A program made the translations under genes and the position numbers. DNA of 63,145 bases, filler included, from Folioceros fuciformis (taxonomy: Eukaryota): the NCBI GenBank assembly GCA_049999805.1. It is 4 parts of 3 records of this genome, joined end to end, with 100 filler letters (N's around TTAATTAATTAA, not from the genome) between each part and the next. Parts side by side here need not be neighbours in the genome. Positions count along the whole stretch, not along the records: positions 28,460 to 54,980 come from JBNGIO010006258.1; positions 55,081 to 57,877 come from JBNGIO010006278.1; positions 57,978 to 63,145 come from JBNGIO010006287.1; 1 more part is not named here. The stretch is one strand, 5' to 3'. Position 1 is the first letter of the stretch; the number at the start of each line of letters is the position of its first letter. Below, piece by piece: positions 49,684 to 60,962 of the stretch. Under the pieces are notes generated by a model. The model saw only the letters and a program-made list of their open reading frames with translations, searched no databases and was not told the DNA's origin.

Positions 49684-51915
49684 CCTCCCACACCCCAGCC
49701 TCCGCCTCCCAGATGAACATGGAAGAGGAAGCCAACCAGTGTGATCTCACCAGCCAGTCCATGAAACTCACAATCTTTCCCTCCAGCAAGCTGCACCGCG
49801 ACACTGAATTCAGACCCCTGGCCAGCCTGTTGGGATACCTACTTCGGAGCCTCTCCTCCTTTCTTCTTCTATTAGATCACACCAGCCTCTCAGACGTGGT
49901 TCAGAAAAATCCGGTTTTTCTGTCCAGTTTTGCCCTGCCGCTGCCGCATGCCTGTGACGTGCCTCGGACTCCCCTGCCTGTTCCTGGCTCACGATGTACA
50001 ATATATGGCCCAGGGCATCTTTATTTGAGAGAAGACGCGACAACCGCCAAATAAAATGGCTAGATGTCGCAGAAATAGGAAGCCTGGTGCAACGGCGTGG
50101 GGTCACCGCACACGCCACCGCCCAATGTCCAGCTCCGAAGAAGTAGGCCCGAGCCTTGAGGACACGGTGGAGTCGTAAGCGAGGGAGGTGGAATAAGCCC
50201 AGTCTTCTATCGGGGGTCTTAGTGGGATCCTCTGAAACTCGCTTGTATGGAGTCCTAGATGAGCGCGGTGTCAGTCTTCGAGGTGGTCGCAACGTGCACG
50301 ACCCACTTTCACCAGTCTGCTTGCGAGGTTGTCAGGGAGCAGCCGGCGAATTTCCAGAACTGAAAATCAGAAAAAATCTTTGATATCCGGTCGTGTAGGC
50401 GGGGAGCAGCCTAATGCATGCCGAGATGCTAAAACTGGTAACAGTCTGTTCCTTTGACCAGCAGATCTGCGTGTACGTATTCCTTGCATGAGACCTGAAG
50501 AGCTAGAGTACCCGGGAGTACGAACGTTCGATCGGAGAACGCGAGATGATGAGCAGTGGGGAGAAGTCAAAGCAAGTAAGATGATCGTTTCACCTGCAAC
50601 TTGCCTTGTCAAGGTTGTTGGCTGTTCCCGGCTCACCTGCTTCCTTCCAGGTTGTGAGGACGTATCAACTTGTCGACCACCCACATGTAAATGGGAAGTC
50701 ATTGGAGTGGAGGAGGATGCAAGTTGCAAACCTTCACGACATAAAAATCCGCAGAAAGACCAGTAGCCAGATACATCCAGGAAGAATTACAAGAAAACGT
50801 GCAGATGGAGGGAAGTTTAAGAACAACCACAGGTGGATAGATGTGTGGGTTCACGACATACGGCTAGAGTGATGAGGAATCTTAAACAAAGAGATCCCTC
50901 GTGAAGCGGAAATAGAAGACCTCACACAACTTGAACGGGCTTTGGTATGGGTGCAGGGGAAGAACGTAACCAACACGAAGCCCAACAGACAAGGCTATGA
51001 GAGTCAGGACGTAGAACGATGTGACTTGACAGGTCACGAGGACAACGCTAACTTTTTCCTTGGTTTATCTGGTGCAGTCAGGAACAATGGCGATGGGTGC
51101 CATACTCTCCCTGTCTCCTCAACGCAAAATGCCCACCTAACCCAGGCCAGGATGTGCGGACAGGTTTCTCGGAACCCAAAAATCCGCCACTGCATTACCG
51201 CCACCTGCCACAGATGTCTGTTTAGCAATCGACAATTTCGGCACAAAGGCAGAAGAACTGCAAGAGACTGACATCGGTGGTGAGGCGAATGGTCTGTACA
51301 TTGCCAGCCCACTGACTATTCTGACGAGCAAAGAGTGCGGAAAGCTTGCAACTCGGACACAATGGGCATGTCTTTCCCGAAGGCTGCGCGTTTTCCTACT
51401 TGGTGATGCGTGTCATCAACGCCTGTTTCTCCGCACTCCATATCGGTCACTCCACGAACACCATCGCAATGAGGACAAAGGGAGGGAACCTGATACCCGC
51501 TCCAACGTCTGCTTTTGACCCATATCCTTTAATCTGGGTGCTTCGAGACAGGTGTCAATAATGAGTAACACTTCTCGGGACTGGCGGTGGCTCGTTAGTG
51601 GGGACGTACGTGCATCGAGAACCCGAGACAAGGGACAGGCCATGACGGTTCTGAGAGAGACATGCTTTATTGCTCATGGTGTTGGTACAAAGATTGAAGG
51701 GAGTGATTGGTCGCTGTGACCACCAGGGAGTGACACTCGAGCTTCGGAAGGAAGAGGGTGTGCAAATGTACAGCCGAGGACAAGAGGAGAAGGAAAATGA
51801 AGAGGAGCCAGGAAGGAACGGGAGCAGAAACAAGGAAAGAAAGAAACGGGAAGAGAAGGGAAGGGATGTGGAGAGACTGGGACCAAGGAAGAAACCCCAT
51901 AAAGCGAGAAAAATA

Positions 51916-53298
51916 CTAGGAATCCTGAACCTTGGCTTCCAGTTCCTCTACCCTCCGCTTCAGCTCTTTGATGTACTCCACAGCCTCGTCCAACATGTCC
52001 GCCGTATTGCTTTGCTTATCCAGATTGGGCAGAAGCTCCTGAAGCCTCTTCATCCTCTCCCCGATCCGAGTCCGCCTGTTCCTCTCAGCAATGCTCCGGG
52101 GATGAGTGGCACAGCCGCGCTTGGCCCTGGTGCGGCAGGGGATGGAGCTCTCCCCGTACTGCTGCGGGCTGCGGGGCTTGAGGGGGCTGGGCAGACTGGC
52201 GAAACGGGTGAGCGGCTGCGGGTTGCCGGCCTGAGGATCCAGCCCCTGCCCCCGCAGCCTGGAGGGATCCGGGAACCAGCTCTTCTCCAAGTCCGCAGCG
52301 GACCAAGACGCCTTGGCGGGGTCGGTAGGGGACAGCACGTCCCGCATCACCTCGTCCCTCCCGAAGATGGGCATGGAATCCCTGGCCCCCGTCACATCCA
52401 GCGGCAGCACATTCTTCACGGGAGACCTGGCCAGGGCGTCCATCATCAAGGGACGCTGGATCCCGTCCATCTGGTCCTGCTCCTCGATGGCTAGCTTATC
52501 CAGAAAATCTGCAGGGCAACTTCCATGCCGCAGCAAGCTTCCACGTTTCATCGGCGCCTCGGAAACCTCCGCCATACCGCTGCTCCCAGACTTCCCTCCC
52601 TCCACCATGAAGTCATCCCTCACCTGCTGGTTACTTCCAACGGAGCCCGGAGACCCCTGCCCTGACGACGGCTGCCACATTCCCTGCACAGGCATTGGAA
52701 TCCCGTATCTCTGCGCCATACCCATGTCGAACTTCAAATCCCCGTTGAACGCCTTCATCCCCGCTGTTGCTGCTGCTGCAGCCTCATCCATCCTAAGGCC
52801 TCCCTTCCCCGGCTTGTCCAAATCAGCATCATCTCCCGACTCCGACACCGTCCCGAGAATGCTGCCATCGCAGCGCTTCCCCTGTGCCATCAATTCGCTC
52901 AGCCTGTCCAAATCCTGCTCCGGAATGTCATCAATCATCTCCACCAGCAGCGCACTTGGAGCCGAGCTGTAGCGGCTCAGATTAGCCCTGTGCGGCGAGC
53001 CGGCGCCCGCAGCAAGCGAATGCGGATTCTCCCCCGACTGCATCACCACGCCCGGCATGCACTGGCTCATCCGATTCGCATCCACCACCTCGCTCATGTT
53101 GCCGCCATCCGGCAACCACTTCTTGTTACCAAAACCTTCCCACCTGTGCTGCATCGGCCCCGCCCCGGCATGCCCCGAGTTCATCTCCAGCGGCCTGGCA
53201 CTGGCGACGCTGCTGAGCCCCGTGGCCAGCCCCGACGAAAACCCTTGCTGCAGGGGCACGACCGTGTAGGGAGTCGACGTCATGAACAAGCTCTGCTG

Positions 53299-53337
<39 letters not shown>

Positions 53338-53496
53338 CTGCAGTTGTTGTTGATGCTGCTGGTGTAGCTGCGCAATCTTGTCGGTGCCGCCCAACACCGC
53401 CGCCGCCGGCACCACCCCAGCCATCGGCCCGCTGACATGACTGTGCAGCATCGCGCCCAACTCCTCCTCAATTCCTCCCATCCTCAACGGACACAT
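51916..53496 (-). CDS. bHLH transcription factor, subfamily IX (FBH/AKS-like), intronless, with polyQ tract; start may be 53481
   Basis: PCRTRAKRGCATHPRSIAERNRRTRIGERMKRLQELLPNLDKQSNTADMLDEAVEYIKEL, plus upstream LSRYSSAPSALL and LLRHGSCPADF motifs. Confidence 0.93.
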
Positions 53497-54890
53497 TTTG
53501 ATTCCTCCTCCTCCTTCTCTCCTTCCCGCTTTCCAAGCTACAGACCTTCACCTTCACAAATCCAAAGCACACAAATCCGCTCCTCCCACCACCTCCCTCT
53601 CTCTCACTTTCCAGTCCCAAGCCTCTCCACCACCAGCCTCCGCCCTCGGGCACACGGAGTCCCTCCTTCCCCCATCTCCGTTTCCACAATCACAAAATCA
53701 GCTCATCAGGTTCACCGCCACCACGGCACACCTCCTCCTCCCACTGATTCGGTGAAAATGCTGCCCACTCCGGCCAGAGCCCTTCAGGACCCTGCCCGGA
53801 GCGACAGCCAATAGCGCGGCCCGAATCCGCCGCACACTCACCCACCGACAGCAGCAGCGCCGGGCCGCAAGACGAGCCACCAAACAGAGACGTGAGAGGC
53901 TGAGGCGCAGCACGAGAAAAAAGTAGGCAGTTTACACTGCAAGTGGGCAGCCGCCTGGCTCTGCTGCCGGTATATCGGCTATGGCGGCAGTGGAATGGAG
54001 CCGGGAAACGGGACCCCGGGGGTTGAAGATGAGGAAGGGCGACGCACTGTAGATGCCAGCGAGAGAGATTCGAAGGCGCAGGGAAGGAGGCGTCGGAGTC
54101 CCATTATAAAATCCACCTTTTGCAGTAGCCCCAGGGGAGCTCTCAAAAGGGACGATGCAAATACATATAAGATCAAATCCGAGAGCTGGCCCTGGCCCAG
54201 CCCCTGGCCCTGCGCCAGGCAATACAATCCAACCGTGAGCTTCTGTCCTTTTCCGCCCGCTTTTGCCTCCTTTTTAACATTCTGGGAAGCGTAAGCGTAA
54301 GGCTCCCCTTTCAGACTTTTAGCCTTTACTTCGCGTCCCGGCATTTATCGTCCTTTTCCTGGCCACCACTTTTGCACCCGCTTTTCCAGCCACCGACTCG
54401 CGTCCCCATTAACCATCCTTCATGGTACATCCCTAGGCACGCCAGAGGCATTCCATCATTTGCCGGTTTCGGGAGCATCATGTTCCACCTGGGACTCCAA
54501 GGCCTTCGTCTCGGTTTCATTCTACCCGAAAGTTTTTTTTTTTTTTTTTGGGGGGTGAAATTTGACCTTAATATGAAGACTTGTTCCACACAAACCTCAA
54601 ACAACAAAGCAGGGGGAAACTACCAACGGACCTAGACCAAATCCTAAGAGGTCACATATCATCAAGCCAATTGTAGCCAATTTCTTCCCCTTGTCCATGT
54701 GAGAGCCAAACACCCCAAGTTGATCCTTTGTAAAAGACACATATCTATGCTTCAGCAAAGCATAGTTTTGCAAGGTGGTAGATTACTGAAATGTCGTCCG
54801 AAGAGAGTGAGCTCATTGTAGCAAAGTGGTGAAGTCCATTAAGCCCTTGTCATGCTGTTGCTGTATGGGAAACAGAGCACCTAAGACTCT

Positions 54891-54980
54891 ATGACTGGAT
54901 ACTGACTAGAGCATCCTGGGCATAAGCCCTGAATGCTGAAATGACTAGATACTGACTGGAGCATCTCGGGCATAAGCCCT
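54891..54980. repeat. 40-bp direct repeat x2 abutting a gap
   Basis: ATGACT(G/A)GATACTGACT(A/G)GAGCATC..GGGCATAAGCCCT at 54891 and 54941. Confidence 0.8.
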
Positions 54981-55080
54981 NNNNNNNNNNNNNNNNNNNN
55001 NNNNNNNNNNNNNNNNNNNNNNNNTTAATTAATTAANNNNNNNNNNNNNNNNNNNNNNNNNNNNNNNNNNNNNNNNNNNN

Positions 55081-57877
55081 GACTACAAAGCCCGCAAGTA
55101 CGTCTTTGTAGGTTACACGGAAGGAATTAAGGGGTACAAACTGATGGACCCCAGTACTAGGAGCGTAACACACTGTCGGAGTGTGGTGTTTGATGAGTTG
55201 TCACTGCTCGCACCTCAACCTGAGCTCACAGAGCGGATTCCTGCACAAGAGGCCTCCACAAGCGAGGTGTCAGAAGGAGAAACCAGTGAGGAAACCCTCC
55301 AGCACACAACAACTACAACGCAGCATGTGCACATACCTGCTGCAGTTGGAAACTTGTCAGCAAGTGTTTTCCCAGATGATGAAGAGGGAGAATCATCCTA
55401 TGACACCCAAACTGAAACACCGGCTGACAATGAAGATGCTGAGGATACAGAGGGTTCTCATGCAGGCAGTCATCACGAGGCTGCCGAATCACAGACTGAA
55501 TAAGGGCAGTCTTCTGAAGTGGTGGTGGAGTCAGCTCCAGAACCTGAAGGTCCAAGACGGAGCAGCAGGAGGCATACTGCCTCACCTGACGAATGGTTTG
55601 AACCACCTCTCACATACAGTTCCTTCCTGGTGCAGGATGATAGTGAGTCGGGCAACCTGTACGAGCCACAGTCATACAGAGAAGCAGTTAGTGGACCTGA
55701 AGCTGAAAAATGGAATGCAGCAATTGCATCTGAGTACCAGTCTCTATTAGATAATGGGACATGGGAATTGGTGGACCTACCTGCTGACAGGAAACCTGTA
55801 ACCTGCAAGTGGGTATTTAAGAAAAAGCTTGCAGCTGACGGAAGTATAGCAAGATTTAAAGCTCGACTTGTAGCAAGAGGGTATAGCCAAGTGGAAGGCC
55901 TGGACTATACAGAAACCTTCTCACCAGTTGTCAGGGCAACTTCAGTTCGCACCCTGTTCGCAATTGCAGCACAAAGAGACTACGCCATGGAACACATGGA
56001 CGTAAAAACTGCATTCTTAAACGGGAACCTGGAGGAAACGATTTTTATGAGTCAGCTTGAGGGTTTTGTAGATGCTAAGCAGCCAGGAAAGGTATGCAGG
56101 CTCATAAAAACCATCTATGGACTGAAGCAGTCCCCTCGAGCCTGGTACAAACGCATTGATACATACCTCAAACAGTCAGGTTTCCTCCAATCAGAATCGG
56201 ACTCAAATGTGTACAAGTTGGAGGACAAAGACGGAGTTGTCTTCCTGGCACTCTATGTGGATGATGCTGTACTTATTGCGAGTAACCCGAATATAATGAC
56301 CAAGGTGAAATCTATACTCACCTCTGAGTTCTCCATGACAGACTTAGGGAAACTCACATGGTTCCTTGGCATTGAGATCCTGCAAGACATGTCACAACAC
56401 ACCATCCACATACATCAGGCTCAGTACATCAGTCAGGTACTAGCCAGATACAGAATGTCAGAGTGCAAACCTGCTGCAACGCCAATGGCTGTTGGAGAAA
56501 AATTGAGTGTTGAGCAGGCACCTAAAACAGAAATGGAGAGACGGCAGATGGAAAGCATCCCGTACAGGTCAGCAGTGTGCTCACTCATCTATTGCAGGAA
56601 CTGGACGAGGCCTGACTTGTCCTACGCAATGGGAGTAACATCTCAATTCTTGACATGCTATGGACAAGCTCATTGGGCAGTAGTGCAGAGAGTGATGAGG
56701 TACCTGAAGGGTACGCTGAGGCTTGGACTGCTGTATAGGCAAAGGCCAAAGAACCTGCTCCTGACATGCTTCTGCGATGCTGACTGGGCAGCAGATGCTG
56801 ACACACGCAGGTCCATCTCTGCCAATTGCCTTCTACTGGGAGCCCATGAATATGAGGCCACAGTAGTTTCCTGGCATTCCAAGAAACAGCAAGTTGTGGC
56901 CCTATCATCAACAGAGGCAGAGTACGCTGCTACAGCTACTGCTACCCAAGACATTGTATATGCAAGGGAGCTGCTCTCCTCACTAGGTGAAAACCAAACT
57001 GCACCCACGCTCTTACTGTGTGATAATCAGTCCGCTATAGCATTAGCATAGAATCCTATCATGCATGCTAGAACTAAACACATAGAAGTGAAGCATCACT
57101 TCATTAGACAGGTGCTACTAAATGGGCAGGCTACTTTACAGTATGTGCCTACCAACGACAATGTGTCGGACCTGCTAACCAAAGCCTTAGCAAAAGAAAA
57201 ACACGACAGCTTCTGTAGAGCACTAGGCCTGGTAGTAGGAAAATAGCACCAAGAAACCATCCCACGAGGTCAGCACTTGCAAGGACTTCATGTATACCTT
57301 CAGGACTGCAAGCTAGCTGCTCTGAAAGCGGCGAGTTGGCATCTTTGTGGAGCACAAGTACCAGGGTTCTGCGCAAGGCGGAAAAAGGTCAGGACTTCAC
57401 CAAAACAGGAGGAAAACCAGCAGCAAGTACCTTGCAGAAGCCTGTGGCGGCGCATCATAGCGAAGAATGAGCCGCCCCTCGTCTGTGAAGTCTGATCCGG
57501 CGTACAAGAAGCAGTCCATACAATTGGGCAGCATTCTGAAGGACGCATCTGGTGCTAGCTGAGGAAATCCCTGAAGGCGCTTCCAACGAGCGTACGCGGC
57601 CTCCAGTTCAGCCTCAGCAGTGTACAAAATTTGCAAACTCAACGCACAAGGAGCAGGGTCTCCGCCGACGGAGCTCAAGAACAACCAGCACGATGACCAG
57701 CAACATCACACAAGCGACCAAAACCTGGCCATCAGCAGAGGAATCCATGGCGGCGGCAGTAAGCGCAAGCGAAAACCCTAGCTGCAGATCGAAACCCGGC
57801 GAGACATGAAGAATTAACGAAGTTCTGGCTAAGTGGGAGTGTGGAAAATGCGTGAATAGTTAGGTTTAACATTTAAT
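55081..57877 (+). mobile_element. Ty1/copia LTR retrotransposon 1, partial: integrase C-terminus, RT, RNase H, PPT and start of 3' LTR
   Basis: FVGYTEGIKGYKL, KARLVARGYSQ, MDVKTAFLNG, YGLKQSPRAW, LYVDD, DADWA, SSTEAEY and HARTKHIEVKHH. Stops at 55501 and 57049; PPT AAGTGGGAG 57831-57839 then TG at 57840. Confidence 0.95.
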
Positions 57878-57997
57878 NNNNNNNNNNNNNNNNNNNNNNN
57901 NNNNNNNNNNNNNNNNNNNNNTTAATTAATTAANNNNNNNNNNNNNNNNNNNNNNNNNNNNNNNNNNNNNNNNNNNNTGGAGTCGATCCTATTGACA

Positions 57998-58010
57998 TGG
58001 TATCAGAGCC
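57998..58010 (+). promoter_or_regulatory. Primer binding site for initiator tRNA-Met
   Basis: TGGTATCAGAGCC immediately follows the LTR-terminal CA. Confidence 0.92.
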
Positions 58011-60760
58011 CGGTGCAGGCGGTGCAAGATCGACGTAGGAGGTGCTGCAAGAGGCAGCAAGAGTGCACACCAGAAGCTAGAGCAGCTACGAGAAGTTGGA
58101 GCAGAGCAGCTACGAGAAGTTGGAGCAGCTTGGAGGGAGATCGGCAGCAAGCGTCCCGGCAGCTAACTCTCATATCGGTGTGTGCAGGAAGTGAGGAGAA
58201 GGGCGACAAGGCCTTGTCAGCTTACTGGACTAGCTGTTGATCCCCAGAGCTCTGTGGAAGGGCTGACAAGTGGAGGCAACAGCTGCAATAGCCTCAGCAG
58301 CTGCAAGAAAGTGTGCTAACCCTAGCTTGGCAGCAGGGAAGGAATTGACAGGAAATCTCACGGGAGCTTTGTGGGCAGACAGTCAAGAGTCTGTAAGGAC
58401 ACGGAGCATGAGACAATCTGGTTCACGCAAGGCAGCGTGATTTCGCACCAGATTGCTCTTAGGAAGAAGAGACTTAAGGTCTTGTGAGTAAAACTCCAGT
58501 CAGAAGCAGTCTGGTTCTTTCAAACATTTATCAGGTGTGAGTACTCAAGAAAGGATTGAGTGTCAACCTTGAGTGGTGGCAAGAATGGCCAGTGACAGTA
58601 TTAACCAGATCGTACAGGAGAAGCTGGACAAAAACAACTTCCATGCCTGGAAGTTTCGTTTTACAAACTTTCTTATGGGAAAGGGTTATTGGGACTACAT
58701 TGAGGGGGAGCATGAAAAACCCCCTGTAGTACTTGAACGGAATGCAACAGCGGAGCAGATTAAGGCGCTGAAGGATTGGAGTCAAGGATCTCGGAAGGTC
58801 ATGTATTGGCTGTCAATCAGCATTCATGACACCATGATTGGGCACATACAGGATGCAGAGTCGCCCAAAGAAACATGGGATGAGTTGGTAAAACTCTATG
58901 AGACTAACACGAAGGCGAGAAAACTGCAGTTGAAGAATGACTTCAACACAGTTATGAAGAAGAACTTATCAATCAATGAGTACGCGTTAAAGATCAAAGG
59001 GATAGTGGAATCCCTTGCGTCCATTGGTGTCAGTGTGGAAGATGATGACAAGGTCGAAGTTTGCTTGCGTGGGTTAACACCTGCCTACAAGCAGTTCAAG
59101 ACTTCCATACAGACTCGGGAAGACATTCCCAATTTCTCAGACCTGATTTCTATGTTGATCATAGAGGAGAAAAACCTAGGCGAGGAATCATCCTCTAAGC
59201 CTAAGGAAAACTCTGAGCAGGCCTTCTACTCTGGTAGAGGTAGAGGTAGAGCCCAAGGTGGCAGAGGGCAAAGAGGTGGTAGAGGTCGGAATCCCTACCA
59301 AAATGAACAACAGAATCGGGAGTCCCAGTACAAGAGTACACGTGGAAGAGGAGAAAATTCTCGAGGCTGGGGGAGTCAAAGAGGACGTGGAAATCAACAA
59401 CAAAATGATGCAAATGCAGACAATAGTGGTTGCTGGACTTGTGGTAGGTTAGACCACTTTGAAAGAGACTGTCCAAGGAGAAATCAAGGCAACAGGAGGC
59501 AGCAGAACAATTATGCCTCTAGCAGCAGTCAGAATGACTCAGAAAACTTGTTTGTCATGTAGCATATGCTTAACTCTGTGTCTGCTAATGGATCCAACAA
59601 TGGTGAGATTGTGTGGTATGTGGACTCAGGAGCTTCGAACCACATGACATGCCATGGGGAGTGGTTCAAAGAAATGCAAGTGCTTGACAAACCTGGATAT
59701 GTAGAAACTGGAGATGACACAACACATGCAATTGTGCATACAGGAACTGTACCTCTGAAGATGCAGGATGGCAAAGTGAAGTGCGTGGTAGATGTTCTTC
59801 ACGTACCCAACATCACAAAGAACTTGGTGTCAGTTGGGCAGATGGTTGAGCAAGGACTGCAGGTTAGATTTACACCTGCAGGACTCTTTGTTGAAGAGTG
59901 CAAGAAAGGCGGTCGCCTGATTGCTCAAGGACAGAAGGTTGGACGGATGTTCACCTTGAACGTGGAGGTTCCTAAGCTGAAGTCAGCCATGTTTGCGAAG
60001 GGTACAAGGGTAGTGACAGACCTAGAGATGTGGCACAAACGCATTGGACATGTAAATGTGCAGAAGTTGAAGTCCATGCAGCATCAGAAGGTTGTCACAA
60101 GCATACCCAAGCTTACAGAAAATGGACTGCAAGGTATATGTGAAGCATGTCAACTTGGGAAACAGCCTAGGAATGCGTTCCCCCATGACAAACATGTCAG
60201 CAGATATGTGTTGGATGTTGTGCATTCAGATGTATGGGGTCCTACACAGACTGCATCAATCGGAGGCTGCAAGTACTATGTGACCTTCATTGACGACCAC
60301 ACAAGGAAGGTGTGGGTCTATTTCATGAAAGAAAAAAGTGAAGTGATCACTCATTTTCATACTTTCAAGGCGATGGTTGAGAAGCAGACAGGTAGGCACA
60401 TCAAATGCCTAAGATCTGATGGAGGGGGAGAGTACTTCTCCAGAGAGTTCAGCAAATTCTTATCAGAACAGGGCATTCAACGGCAGTACTCATGTCGTTA
60501 TACGCCACAACAAAATGGAGTTGCAGAGCGCAAGAACAGGCACATAGCAGAAGTGGCGAGAGCCTTGATGACAGAGAAGAAGATGCCTCACTACTATTGG
60601 GCTGAAGCTGTAAGCACAGCAGTGTACATCATGAACAGAACTTCCATAGCAGCGGTGCACAGTGTAACACCGGAGGAGAAGTTCACAGGGAAGAAACCTG
60701 ACTTGTCACACTTAAAGGTATTTGGTTGCATTGCTTATGTCCATATTCCGGAAGAGTTGC

Positions 60761-60962
60761 TATTAGGAGTGAAACCCCGTTAGGGTTCTCGCTTATAAAC
60801 GAAGCACCTGAATAGTCACTAGTTGTTTACATGATTTTAGGTTATATGGAAAGTCATGTCTTTTGGACAGTTTTGTATATAAGACCCTTTTGGGTATCAA
60901 TGTAATTATGTCAATATTTATTCTGAGCACTCTCGTGCGCATTGGCATCTGGTTCCTCAACA
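60761..60962. mobile_element. 202-bp solo-LTR-like insertion with 5-bp target-site duplication GTTGC
   Basis: GTTGC at 60756-60760 and 60963-60967; termini TATTAGGA...TCCTCAACA. Removing the insert plus one copy restores AYVHIPEELRTKLDPKAEKC. Confidence 0.85.
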
